Positions 1-12,492 are shown, numbered from the stretch's first letter. The stretch is 64,000 nucleotides of DNA from Marsupella aquatica (GCA_973895155.1 OZ316899.1:7319241-7383240); one strand, 5' to 3'. Notes: generated by a model from the letters alone, not told the origin. Program-made: numbers and translations.

Positions 1-514
1 CCACACATGCGTCTATCTGTGTAATTGCCATGCACATCCTTCTTGGCTGGCATCACTGTGGCAGATGCATACTCCCCATATGAAATCTCCACCAATCCAG
101 CCTCCAACAAATCTTGAGTTTTGCTTTGAATTAGAGCTCTCTCCATGTCACTGTAACGGTATGGCCTACGAAAGATTGGCGCATCACTAGCCAATTCAAT
201 CTGAATACTAGGACCCTTTAATGTCCCCAAATCTTTCATGCTAAATGCAAAACAATTCCAGTAACTCTTCAGGAATCAATGCATGCGACGTCTCTCCTCC
301 CCTGTCAACTTAGGGCCAAGCTGTGGTTCCCAACTCTCCACCAAATCCCTAATATCTCTTTGTAGAGTAGAAGAGATAGCCGATGATTGCTATTTAGCAG
401 TAGATTGAGCAGTCCCTTCCTGCTCAACAATCTGTCCAGCCTTGGCCAATCCTGCCATAGGTCCATGGACTGTCTGCTCGCCCCCAGCTGTGGTCAGTAC
501 TGTCTCAGTGGACC
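1..514 (-). pseudogene. Gypsy pol: linker and reverse transcriptase N-terminus (in-frame stops)
   Basis: Manual translation: WEPQLGPKLTGEERRRMH*FLKSYWNCFAFSMKDLGTLKGPSIQIELASDAPIFRRPYRYSDMERALIQSKTQDLLEAGLVEISYGEYASATVMPAKKDVHGNYTDRRMC, a typical Ty3/Gypsy RT start. Confidence 0.9.
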
Positions 515-1418
515 GCAAGTGTCACGTCGTCGGCTGCGGCCTTAACTCAGACTTCAGCTTAGACGGGCACATCCCTCGTAAAACCTGAGGGTTCGGGCAG
601 GAAGGGAAGCACGTAATGCACCTTATTCTCGTAAACTAGCGCTAAGTGCGCATACTGCTAAATACAGACACCTCCTAGGTATGGTTTGTGTTCCGCCGCC
701 GGAACGTACCTTAGTCGATAGCAGGATCGACCCCGACTTAAGGGCTTCTAAGCCTTCGTGCTGTCCGCCTTTGATCCGGATTCAATGATACAGGTCCTCA
801 ACCCGTGCTCGCAACCACTTACCCGCAGGCTGCACCTTGTGCATGTCTCGGGTAGTGCGTTCGGCCTGGCGCTGCCACCCATATACGAGAAACCCACACA
901 CATACACGTGCACATGCATACAATCTCGATTTACACGAAGGAAAATGATGGGAAAGGATTTTACTACAAAGGGAACATATGCGTACACTTAGTTGACCCG
1001 ACAGCCCCAAAATGAACAGGTTCAAGGCCGAGGGTGCACACTACAACGGAGTCCGGCTCCGCACTCGCCCGACGAGCTTAGTCCTACCCCCTCCCCTTGG
1101 TACTCTTTCATTCCCAGAGGTCGGGACTCCCTGCACATACCGCGGACGTCCAACTCTGCAACTAAAAACCCCCCCTTGCCTCTACCGAGGGGTGCACTAA
1201 ATACTAAGGGACGAGGGACGGGGTGTCCTCTCGCCAAAGATTCGCTGACTAAGGTCCTAACTAAGCTGACAGTCAGGCCGGAAAACGACTATGTCTTATT
1301 AGAAGATCCTAATCTACGCAGGCTGGACAGCATGGCAGCGCTGCTGTACCTAAGGTAGGTGCCTGTCCCAAGAGCCTGACTAAGCCAGTCCTAATCCTAA
1401 TCTATTCCTACTCCGCTG

Positions 1419-4046
1419 CTAATGCCTGGCACGCTTGCCAGAGCCGCCCGAATGGGAGCGGCCATCCCGCTGCCTTCGAAGCCTGTCATTGTCCGCCTTG
1501 AGGAGTTGGACCTGGTCCAGCAGAGATCGTTCTCTCGCCTCGCCGCGTCCGTCTCCTCTGCTGCCTCCTGACATGCCTCCTCCAGCTGCTGGGCGTCACT
1601 CGTCAGTTTACCCGCCAGCTGGTCCTGCTTCTCGGCCTCGGTTTGGAGCCACGCCACCTCGGCCTGCAGCGTGGCTAACTCCGCCGTGTCCCGCTGGGCT
1701 CGTTCCTCGGCCTCCTCCAGGTCTTTCTGCCAGGTGACGGTTTGATTCTTCAAACTGTCAATCTGGTTCCGGAGTCGTGTAATCTCGGCCTCGTTCCCAG
1801 CTTTGGCCTGTTCGGCTAGGGCGGTAAGAGCGTGTGCCTTTGCTAACAACTCATTGGCGGCTGCAATCTTGGGTCGTAGTTGCAGAAGCTCAGCCTCTTG
1901 AGCTGCAACTTTGTTCTTTAGGTACACGGACTCCACCCGATACCGCTCTATCCTCTGAAGGGCCTCTGACTGGGCCCGACCTGCCTTTACTGCGGCAACC
2001 AACTCCTGATTGAAGAAACAGGCTACCTTCTGGGCCATGAACTCCCCGGTATCCCGGGCAATTTGATGAGAGAAATCTCCCAGAAGCCCGTTCAGAAATG
2101 TACCCGGTACGAAGAGTTCCGGGTGGTCCAGGTTGTACCTGACCGGAGTTGGGCACGGGCAGACGTCAACACGCGCGGGGGCCGGGGCAGTGACGTCCAG
2201 CCCTGGGGACGTAACGTTGGAAGGGGCTGGAGTGTCCTCATGCAGCAATGTCCGGTTCTCCGGAATAGCCACCGGTGGGTCTTTGGGAGACCCGGGCTCG
2301 GGTAAGACCTCCGCCGTACCGACTTCTGTACTTAGCCCGGCTTGTTGGGTCGCATCAACGGTTGCGACAACCGACCCATCCGGTACCTCCTCGGTTACGA
2401 CTACAGCTACTTGTGGAGGTGGGGTGGGTGAAGCTGGCGTGTCCGCTGGACTTCGGGCCTCGGGTTGGGGCCGTCTCTCCAAGGCCGGGAAAACCCACCT
2501 AGCTGGGACCAGCTTTGTAACGTTGACACGGGGAAGGGTTTGTCGATCAAACCGGGCGTACCACTCAAGAATGATCTTGATGTGGCTAGCGAAATACGCC
2601 TTCCCGCCAATGTATAGCGTCTTCCTTCGCCGCTCCATCTCTTCATGGAATTTCTTAGCGAAGTACGACGCCCACTTCCTAGGTCGATAGTTCTCGACCT
2701 GGATAACCTGGGCGGCGGAGATCTCCCCCCGGGGTTCCATCATGTGGAGGGCGTACCTCTGGAACTCCAGTCGCTCAGCTATCTCGGGGATGAGGCAGGT
2801 CTTCATCACAAACCCGTTGTCCACTACTCCCTCTGAGGGAAAACTTGAAGATTGGTACTTGGCTCCCTTGCCCCCGGGAGCCCGTGATTCGACTCGATGG
2901 TCACCTTCGGGTAACCCGAAGATCATCTTGAGCCGTTCTTCCGTGAGGGACATACTCCTTCCCCGCAGCCAAGTATGTTGATGCGCGTCGTCATAATTCC
3001 TGACGAACTCCGTCATGTCCTCCCCGTGTTCCAGGGGAGGGAGGCGAGGTGCTCGAATCCCTGAGTCTTCAGGTACACCGCATGCTTGGGATGGAGGATG
3101 TTTTTGTGAACGTTTTCCCCCATGCGGTGCATTGTCACCTTGGCTACGGCTACCATGGCCAACGGTAACCCGGATGCAGTGGTGGATTCCTTCCTCTTCT
3201 TCCCCCGTGACTGGCTCGGGGAAGGTGACACTTCCCCATCCTCCCGATCGGGCCTGGGTAGTGCCACTGCCGTTAGTAACGGGCCCGGGGCGGCCATGGT
3301 CACCATGTTGTCTGCTGGGGCGCTCCTGGGGTCAGAGCAGGGGGTGGGGACGATATAGTGTCGGCCCCTGAGCGCTTGTTCCTCTGGGCCGCCTGGTCAA
3401 GGGTGGGGTAGCCTCGTTGTCATCGCTAAGATCCACAACATTGATGACGGAGCGTACTTGTGCTGGCTGGGCGATCGGTGGTGGGGTTTGGCTAGGCTGC
3501 GGCTGAGGCTGAAGCTGAAGCTGAGCCTGAGGTTGAGCCTGAGGTTGCATGGGTACGGGTACGGGTTTGACTGAGTTGGTCATGTTGGTTGATGGGTTCC
3601 CATGAAGCTCTGTAGGTGCTGGAGAAGTTCTCCGAAGTGAGTGCAGACAACCTTGTCAAACGGGTAGTGCTGGACTCGCTGTTGATGATAGCCCGAACCT
3701 GAGCAGGGATGTGGTCGAAGTGATGTCGTTGCAAGTCAATCGTACTCGGGATATTGAAGACCTCGTCCGGAAGCCGAAGCAATGCTTCCCAGAAACCGAT
3801 ATATTTGTCTCCGTTGAAGAAGTACCCAGATACCTCTGCTGGTCGGTAAAGCTCGCTCTGAGATGGGTAGTCAAAGTTAAGGATGTAGTGGTGTCGTCCT
3901 GCTAGGCGGATGGCTCTCTCGTACTCGCGTTCGATTTCGTATCGGTGCGGGTTGTCGTGTTTCAATGAGTCGGCCAAGTGCCTTCCGGTAGATAGGAACT
4001 GCGTCCAGAATCAAATGGCCGAGCTGGAGAGGATCGTGTGCGACAT
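1419..4046 (-). pseudogene. Coding tract of element A1: N-terminal domain, Q/P-rich linker, plant-TE accessory domain (LPW...EF...RG...FGLP...NGF..C..P), C-terminal coiled coil
   Basis: ORFs 3492-3977, 3332-3583, 3013-3306 and 1397-3016 (539 aa) are colinear with ORFs 37423-40080 of copy A2. Many of the lesions differ between the copies. Confidence 0.75.
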
Positions 4047-4145
4047 TCAGAGGAGATAGTAGTGGCGACTTAGAGCGAACGAGAGAGCTGGGGTCGAAGC
4101 TGGCGCGTGGACTGATGGACTGGTGCACTACAAAGGGTTGGCTCC

Positions 4146-4160
4146 CCTTTTATACCTTGA
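4146..4160 (-). promoter_or_regulatory. Putative TATA box of element A1
   Basis: CAAGGTATAAAAGGGG about 105 bp upstream of the ATG at 4046, conserved in copy A2 (AAGGTATAAAAAGGG at 37311-37325). Confidence 0.5.
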
Positions 4161-4514
4161 GGGCTCGATCCCCCGACGTCTCCTCGATGCCCATAGGCTG
4201 AACCGCTCACGCTTGTGGTGTACCGGCCACTCCGCCGGTCTGAGTCAGCGCGTGTCAGTGGCCGCTTCTTAAGTACGTTATACGGACCCGAGGGAGGGGC
4301 CCCTCCACGCTCGTAACCCGGGTGTGCGAATAGCGACCCGCCGCCAGTCCGAACCTGAATTCCCCCTTATTGCCTAATGATGTCCTACCCATAATGATTA
4401 CCTAAATACTATCGTTATGCTAATAATAGCGGCCTAAGACACTCCTAACGCGCGTGCTAAGCGCAGTTAGACCGAATCACTCATTAACCGCCGTACCGGC
4501 GGCGTCACAGCAAG

Positions 4515-5577
4515 CTCACCAAGGGACAATCAGTAATTCCAGTAGAGCGCATCCGCAACTGTTCAGCTACTCCCAAGCTGATAATCCAAGTCAAACAATT
4601 CAGGTCCATTGCTTGACCAAGAACCTGGCGCCGCAAACCCTCTGACACAGAGGCAACTGCAGTGGTGCCAGTCAAAATCCCATAGCACGCTCTCTCTCAT
4701 CAGCAGTAGGCTCCACTAACTGCTGGAGAGTTGTGTCCCACACAAGTCCAGGGCCACCTGCTCTGAATGCATATGAAGTAGAGTGGCTTACAAGAGTGGG
4801 TAATGCACAACGTGGGCGCCCAACTGCATTGACCATTGCCAATGGTGGTCTATCAGGTTGGGTCACACCCTGTGCCCGACGCCCTGGATCCAAAATATCA
4901 TCCACCACTAAGGCTGGTGAGCGTGGAATGCTGTCAAATGCGCGCTTCAGCACCTCACATGGGATCAAATTAGTCCACCACAAGCGTGGACGATGTGCAC
5001 AAGAACCCACACGTGCAGCATCCAATAACACAGCAGGTCCAATCCAAGACCTCACCTGGTGAACACTGGCAACAATCCGACTATGATCATCACCTAACAA
5101 TGGCACATTCTCCAAAATGTATGCTGGAGACTGTGTCTGATGTAGCTGGAGATGACGCAGCACCCGTTACATCTCCCAAAACAATGTAGAGCGTGGATCA
5201 TGAAGTCCATGCCCAACACCAGCTCTAGATTGGCCCTGACATGGCTAACCAGCAATCACCAAATCAATGGGACCAACACGATGCAGATGATCCACCCCCA
5301 ACAATGAAATATCAGCAGGTAGTGCATGCTGATAACCACGAACTGCATCCATTGGCAGCAACTGTGGATATCTATCCACCAACATAGCCACATGTCGCAA
5401 TGAGACCCTCTGTGCTGTCTCATTTGTCTCCACATACAAATAATGACGCACAGGAATTCCTGCCTGAAGAACAGCAGCCAATCCAGTGCTAATCCCACCA
5501 AAAAGATCCAACAAACAAATACCCTCTGGTGGATACTGCCAAGCAATAGGAGTGGTATCCAATGGTGAAAGAGTCAC
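4515..5577 (-). pseudogene. C5 cytosine DNA methyltransferase domain within Gypsy pol (2 stops, 1 frameshift)
   Basis: Motif I LLDLFGGIS, motif IV IAG*PCQG (TGG>TAG at 5245-5247), motif VI YILENV, motif VIII GSCAHRPRLWW, motif IX ERERAMGF, motif X RRQVLGQAMD. Confidence 0.92.
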
Positions 5578-5910
5578 AGGTCCATCTGCAAGAGACTGCT
5601 CTGCTCCTGACTATGGTGTAAAAGTATGACGCCATGCATCATGTACCAATCGTGCTGCTGCCTGTGGCAAGGCCTGTGCAGTGCCCCACATTGGTGGCAC
5701 AACACTGCCAACAGGTAATCCTTGCATGATGTGCTCCTCATGAGACTCCTCCAATGGTGGAACATCGGCTGCATGCGCATTACCCTCAATCAAATCATCA
5801 GGTCCAGCAATTACACCACTGAATGCTGCCAAAGACAATGGTGTGGATTTAGGGCCTCCCACAGGTCCACTAAATCTCACTGGCAATTTGCTCAATCGAG
5901 CATCTCTTGA

Positions 5911-6693
5911 CTACCAATCAGGTCTATATGACACTGATTCCTCCCAAAAATCAAGAATAAATCCCATGGGGTAGAGCACTGTACATCCCACCAACACATC
6001 GTATGACTCTGCCTTAGTCAAAATAGCTCGTGCCTGTATCTGTGAGCTATTTGTGGTATGACCTTCCTGAATCCTCAAATCAAGAGGTCTCCTGGTAATG
6101 TGCTGTGTAGGTGTAGGTCCCCCCAATGAAGTCTGAATGGGAAAGGGACAATCCTCCAAATTCTCTGGGCGCAATCCCAATCCACGTATGGCAGACTTTC
6201 CCAACATCAAGGACTGAGCACCAGTATCCAGTAACACTCTCTCTGGCTGGTATACTGCTCTAGAAGGCCCAACTAATCGGAAGATACCACTCCGATTATC
6301 CAATGACACAACACTAGGTTTAAACCTAGTCCGCTCAAATGCAGGGCGTGCTGGTAAATCCACCAACCTCGCTGCTGCTGCATGCCATGTCTTACTAGTA
6401 GTAGTAGGTGGCATGGTCTTCATTGCTTCAACACTGCAAGCTGCTTCTGCATGGGAAGCAACCATTGGAGTGTCCTCACAGAGTGTAGCTGCCAACCTGA
6501 ACACTTCTACAGGACCAACTCCCAAGTTCAGCATGTCTGTCGCTGAAAATAATGGGGTGCGTACCATGGTAGTAGCCGCCCCCAGCAGGGTACCTGTCAT
6601 CCCTGCTGCATCACTACCTGATTCTGCCAACTTACCCACGCCAGGGTTTGTCCAAACCGGGTTCATAGAGGCAGTCTGAATTGTCTTTGACAA
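5911..6693 (-). pseudogene. Retroviral-type aspartic protease region
   Basis: RVLLDTGAQSLMLG ... YDVLVG motifs in ORF 5911-6693. Confidence 0.85.
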
Positions 6694-6738
6694 TGTAAAA
6701 GACTGAGGAAGCTTTGTCTGCCAACGTGCATCCCCCCT

Positions 6739-8393
6739 CTATGGATCTAGCTCCACTACTGCTCCTTGGGGCTCAAGAGCTTTGGCTGCCCCACGTGTCA
6801 AAGCTGCTGATGCATCAATATGTGCAGTGCCACACATGAATCCCATGGTGGCAAGATCTCCATCAGCTCCATTAGATGTGGAAGGACCATGGGATGTGGA
6901 AGGACCATGGGATGTGGAAGGTCCATAGGATGTAGATGCCCCATCACCAGAAGTAGGTCTCACCAAGGAACTAGCCATGGCAGCTAGCTGTTGGTCCAAT
7001 TGAGCAATCTTAGCATCCTTTGGATCTATGGTTACAGCAGGGGCAACGTCACCTCCCTGTCTCCCTGCATGTGGCATGCCACGACCACGTTCACCACCTC
7101 TACCTCCTCCTCCTCTTCCCTGATCATGTGTACGGGATCCTCCTCTCCGTAACTCAGGATGGAGTGAGAAACACCTATCCTTGGTGTGTCCAGGAGCTCC
7201 ACAATGATCACACTATCGTTGATCAGGTGTTGCTGCTTCTCTTGATCCTCTGTGATCTGGGCAATATCTTTGTGCATGATCCCCACCACAGGTCCAACAT
7301 CCTGACTGCTGTCCAGCATAAGAGGGCACGGGTCTCTAGCTGGTAGACTCTCGTGCAGTAGGCTTCTCCCTCTGGCTCTTCCGTGCAATAGGCTGTGGTG
7401 TAGATGTAGATGCAGCCTTTGGTGCTTCCTTGGCAAATCCGGAAGTCACCACTTTCTCATTCACCATATTGAGCTCAATACGCTCAGAAAGGGTAAAAAC
7501 AACTGCTAATGTGGGGTCTGCATCCCTAAGCAGAGTGACATCTCTCACTCTGCGTCGCAATTCTCTATCCAAATTGCATACCAAAACTGGACTGCCTGAG
7601 CCTCTGTCACTCCTTTGGTGACAGTGATCAATCTGCGCATACGAGTGTATGCCTCACGTAGACTCTCTCTAGTCTTGCGTTGGAACTCCTGGAGACCCTT
7701 CAACTTATCAGTTCTCACACCCTTATAGTTTTGCTTCAGTACCTCAAAGAATTCCACCACAGGGTTAAATGTTGGTGCAACTCCAGTTCCCGTCACAATC
7801 ACACTGGCAGGAGTAGCGGTGGATGCTGCTGGAGTGCTGTTGGTGGATGGAGTGTCACTTTGGCTAGTGCTGCTAGAAGAAGCAGCAGCTGTGGCAATGG
7901 GTTGGGCAGCCGCACTAGTGCCATAGGTGATGGACACGTAATTAGGCGACCAATGCTGGCTCCATGCCTCAATCTCAACCAAATGAGCCTTCCAAAACTC
8001 ATGGTAGTCATCCATGGGTGGCCCCTCCAAATGCTGAAATAATCCCTTCCATGCCATGAAAGGGGTAAACAACGTGGCGTTATGCAATGTCTACATATCG
8101 CACCACGTATCAAACTCCTGGATGAAGTCATCCAGATCAATCGTGCCAACTGCACCAGAGTATCGTCGTGGACCCTTTGTAGCCTCGTACATCTCTTCCA
8201 TATCCCACAACAAAGGTGCAATCACCTGATGACGAGGAGAACTGCTCACAGAGTCCTCGTCAGAATCGTTGTCTGAAGCTATGCTGCTGACTGCTACCAC
8301 TGTTGCTGGCCGAAACTGCACCCCACTCCGAGTGAAACCGGTCCGTCGTCCATCGGGTAACCCAGCAGCGCCAGAAGAATCCGTGGTGACCAA
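6739..8393 (-). pseudogene. Gypsy gag (copy 1, broken by stops and frameshifts)
   Basis: Fragments 8091-8393, 7545-8087, 7336-7584 and 6739-7077 match the 588-aa ORF 12665-14431, which has CWTCGGDHAQRYC and CDHCGALGHTKDRC knuckles. Confidence 0.85.
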
Positions 8394-9827
8394 CCTAACC
8401 TAATCTATAGGCTAACCCTAAGGGCAATCTGTCCCTATCAACAACACAAGCACTCACCATGGTGTGTTGGGCATCACTCCAACATCACCAGGAGAGAAAT
8501 ACGTAGCACAACTAGAATGTCCGGTTGCAAACCCGGATCACTCCTATAGATCAAGCGCCCACGCCAAACCAACATGGCGCATAAACAGGAAGCATGTGTG
8601 GAGAGGATCCAACAACAAGAAGAGGATTTATCACAACTCTCCACACCAATCAATCAGAAATACATGAAAATAATGTGTATATAGTTCAATGTAGGGCCTT
8701 CATAATAGGCCTCAAGAATCCCGCATCAAATATTCAAGAATCCATCGCAAACTAGCTAAAACAGAGTATCTAGATGAATTCAAAAGTGCATAACACCCCT
8801 AGGGCCTCATTCCTTGGACATCAAATGTGGAAGGAAGCATGTACAATGCACCACATAGAAACTTGCTAATTAAGCGCATGAGAGGAGGAATAGCTTTGGG
8901 ATGGGTGACCTCTCACTTGTCATTATGCACCAAATCTGCCACTCCAAAATGGCAGCACTTGCAACTACTCCTCACATACCAGCAAGCTGGCTTGCTGGCC
9001 CGCCCGCTCTTGCTCCGCCCTCACGCCCCTCATCCCGAGTAACCACGAGTTGCCTTGAAGCCTCAAAACGCCGAGATGAGCCAAAGAGTGAGCCCGCAAC
9101 GCTTCGCTACGCCGAATCGAGTTTCAGCAACATTCAGATTTCCGTCTCTCAGTTTCCCTTCACAGAACGATGGACAGTCTTCGGCGCCCTGTCGAACGGG
9201 AGTTGCGGTCGGATCAGTTGCAAGCAGGTGACGGACAGTCGGCGCCTTGTCGATCGGATCCGTGAGTTGCAGCAACTTTGCAAGTCGTTTCCTTCATGAA
9301 AAATGCGGATTGGCCCTTCCACATAACCGCCGGAGCATCGGTAGATCGCCGCTTCACTTGCGCCTTATCACAGTAGTCGAAAATCAGATCTGAAGCCTTG
9401 CGGATGACTTCCACTGTCCGACGATCTGCCAACATTTGTGGAATGCTTTCCTCCACGAAAACCAACATTCAAACTCGGCTACAACAGCAGCGTTATGTGC
9501 CCAGATCCGGTGACACAATGAGCGATCTGCGATCTTCAACGATCTGCGATCTCTCTCCTCAAAATAGCATTCGCCAATACAAATTGCAGCAGATTGAAGG
9601 ACTAACGATCTACTCAATGAGATCCGAGATACCACGGATCCACGCAACAGATTGAAACGATTTCCACAAACCGTCACCAACTCAATCAATCCGAAACAAA
9701 CTTTTGTTTGCACAGTCCGCACAACAGAGTTCGCATCTGATCTTTCAATGTAATCTCCATACAATCGGCACAACGATCCCGGTCAACAATACCCCATCGA
9801 TCCCGCACTGATTCGATCACACACGTA

Positions 9828-10079
9828 TGTCAACCCAACGCACCTTGCACTACTCAAGGAATCCACGTTACACAAGCGGAGCTCACAGCCACCATAGCCA
9901 CACTCAAGCTCCTCTCTCTCCAAGGCTCAACATTGAAAGATGACCTTTCAATGCCTCACAAGTGAGAAGTACCCTCTCACACAAACCTGACGGAACCTTA
10001 TTGGCTCCAATAGCACTCATACCAACGTACATACTCTAATAGCACGATATACTACTACACTACTCAGAATGGTGTGACA
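9828..10079 (-). repeat. Candidate short (~252 bp) 5' LTR of the DNMT-Gypsy
   Basis: Bounded by TGTCAACCC (9828) and GGTGTGACA (10079), i.e. inverted TGTCA/TGACA ends. No TSD around it, so not solo. The partner LTR is outside the window. Confidence 0.45.
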
Positions 10080-12492
10080 CCTCAGATGCTCCCACCACCC
10101 TGCTAGTCTTTGCCATTCCCCCCGTGCTTCTTGCCACAGATCCTGTATACACCTGATGCCCAGTCTCCCACAGAGCACTGTAGTAGAAGCCATATCCTCA
10201 TTACTCCAAGATTGAAATCCTTTCAGGCATCTGATCACGTCCCCTACCGACCATCGGCCCGGTATCTTATCAGTTGGACAAAAGATCAGATTAGCCCGCA
10301 GCAGTGCCCAAGCCTTCCAGAGCCCTCCCGTGTAAGTGAGACCATGGAGCGCCCCAGGACTACAAAGCAACATCTTGTCCCTAAAGGAGTAGTTGTTCCT
10401 ACGCACAACCTTGTAGTTTGCCCAACCAAGCAATTTTAAATTCTCTACAAACATACCGGCCCATTTCGTTCCAGGCGAATCAATCGCTCATGTAAACCAC
10501 TTTGCCAGCAGAGCGTCAGAGTGACTCTTGAAGTCTTTGATCCCCAGCCCCCCCTCAGCCTGTGGCCGGGTCATCCTGCCCCAAGACACCAGTGGTATTC
10601 TCCGCCCCCCTCCACGTTGTATCCCCATAGGAAGTCCCTACACAGCGCTGTCATTTTCCTGTCCAATCCATGAGATGCTTTAAGAAACATCGAGTGATAT
10701 ATCGGAATTGCCTGTAGGATGTGCCTCACCACCAGAGTTCTTCCAGTGAATGAGAGTAACCTATTTGCCCATGAGGATAATCGCTGCCCTATTTTGTCAA
10801 GTACAAAGCTGCATTGTTCCACCTTCAAATCCACCCCCAATGGGGCCCCGAGGTATTTCTGTAGCTCTCCTTGTTTGCTGATCACACATCCCGTGTCCCG
10901 AAGCCAACCCGGGATGTTACCAAGAACCAGAGGGATCACAATCGACTTCTTCAAGTTGAGTCGGGCCCCAGTGGCAGCTTCATAGCACTCAATCACTGCA
11001 GTGACCTGATGAAAATTTCTCTCCGTTGCAGGGGTAAACATCCCCAATCATCCGCAAAAAAATGGTAGCAGATCGTAAGTATCTCTGAAACCTGTATCCC
11101 TGCAAGTCTACCAGCTGCTAATTTGGCATCCATAAAGTCCATTAATGGTTGCGTGAAAATAACAAACAGGTGTGGCGACAGAGGGCATCCCTGCCAGACT
11201 CCCCGTTTGAGTTCTATCTCCGTTGATAGCATTCCATTCAAGTAGGCTCTTGACGTTGCATGTTTTGAGTAGTGACTGTACTAATTTAATAAAATTGCTG
11301 CTAATTCCTAGCAGCTGCATTGTCTCCCAGATGTAATTGTGATCTACTCTGTCAAATGCCTTCTCAAAATCCAGCTTTAGAAAGAGTGCCTCATACTTCC
11401 TGCTTTTCAGCCAATCAAATGTTAACCATGCCAACGAAATATTTTCCAGTATGTTTCTCCCTGGGATAAATCCCGTCTGCTACGGGCTTATTAGCTATGG
11501 CAGAACTCTAATCAATTTGCGTGCCAATATCTTTGCAATCAGCTTATAAATGGTGTTTAGCATGGTTAGCGGTCTCCAGTCTTTCAGCATTCTCTTGTCA
11601 GCCTTCTTGGGGATGAATTTAATTGTCCCCTCTTTTACCCCACTTGCCAGCTTCCCCGTCAGCCAGAATTCTTGTACCATGGCTACTAAATCCTCTTTCA
11701 TGAACCCCCAGCACGCCTGGTAAACTTCCACTGAAAGTCCATCCGGTCCAGGTGCCTTATCCTTGGGGAGCAGCCACAATACTTCCTTGATTTCCTTGAT
11801 GGTTGGCAGCCCCTCAAGCATCCCAATCTCCCATGCTGATAAGGCTGCCCGAGTATGCTCTAGCAATCTGCTTTGTTCCTTTAGAATGTTCCTCCTCTCT
11901 TGATTCGTGGGATCTCCCGGGGCATACAATTCCAAGCACGTCTGTTCGACCTCTCTCAGTATCATCCCTGCTTCTCTAATTTCACTCCCCCCATCTAGCA
12001 GCAAGCACTTCATCGCCTCGCGTTCCCTCTTGGCCCTCACTGTTGCAAAGTAAAACCGAGAGGGTTCCTCCCCCTCCCCCAACCACTTAATCCTTGCCAG
12101 CCGTCTGCCTTTGTGTGCCTCCTATAATTCAGCCGCATGGAGTAAGTCTTCCACCTCTATATATTCCCTTAGTTCATTTCCGGAGCATTCTTCCATATTT
12201 GCCACCTTTAGCACTCGTAATTGGTTTCGTAGTAGCAGCATCGCTTCCTCACTCTTCTTTGGTGAATCCTGCCGCTCCTTGTATGCCCTTCTCAGATTTT
12301 GACTAGCCTTATCAAATGCCAAAATTGGATCAGCCTCTCCCCTTTTCCTTCGTTCCATGCTACTTTCAGTACCTCAACCGTGCCTTCCATCAACACTAGT
12401 GTCGGGTTAGCCTTAAAAAGTGTAATCCGTTTCAGAGGGCTTTCCTCCCCACCATTCCCATTCATTTGCATGCAGACCACCACCGGATCATG
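10080..12492 (-). mobile_element. L1-clade LINE ORF2 fragment (end of endonuclease and RT), decayed
   Basis: HDPV end of APE; DKAPGPDG; DWRPLTMLNTIYKLIAK; LFLKLDFEKAFDRV; RGVWQGCPLSP; FADD; KYLGAPLG. Same family as 57573-59495. Confidence 0.93.

Larger units (their letters stand above)
520..4509 (-). mobile_element. ~4.0 kb TG...CA element with 5-bp TSD (solo-LTR-like, ORF-bearing), copy A1
   Basis: TSD GCAAG at 515-519 and 4510-4514. Termini TGTCACGTCGTCGG / CCGGCGGCGTCACA. Removing it restores the DNMT-to-RT reading frame. Colinear homologue at 36956-40977. Confidence 0.92.
1..10079 (-). mobile_element. Ty3/Gypsy LTR retrotransposon with gag-PR-DNMT-RT order (3' part runs off the window), decayed, interrupted by 520-4509
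   Basis: Minus-strand order: gag with zinc knuckles (8393-~6740), protease VLLDTGAQ (~6230), C5-DNMT motifs (5577-4590), then RT N-terminus at ~330-1. The 5' end TGTCACACC at 10079 abuts an interrupted LINE ORF2. Confidence 0.88.

Noticed and set aside
520-4509. DIRS/tyrosine-recombinase or classical TIR transposon identity for element A
   Set aside because: Exact 5-bp TSDs and TG..CA ends argue for an integrase; no YR, RT or DDE motifs and no long TIR.
4515-5577. Bacterial restriction-modification gene or contamination
   Set aside because: Embedded in a Gypsy polyprotein with no nuclease partner, in eukaryotic TE context.
8445-8500. PBS at TGGTGAGTG / TGGTGATGTT (minus strand)
   Set aside because: Could not match to a tRNA 3' end from memory, and no clear LTR end is adjacent; left unassigned.
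10017-10454. ORF C-terminus CHTILSSVVVY...
   Set aside because: Read-through from LINE ORF2 into the inserted Gypsy terminus at 10079.
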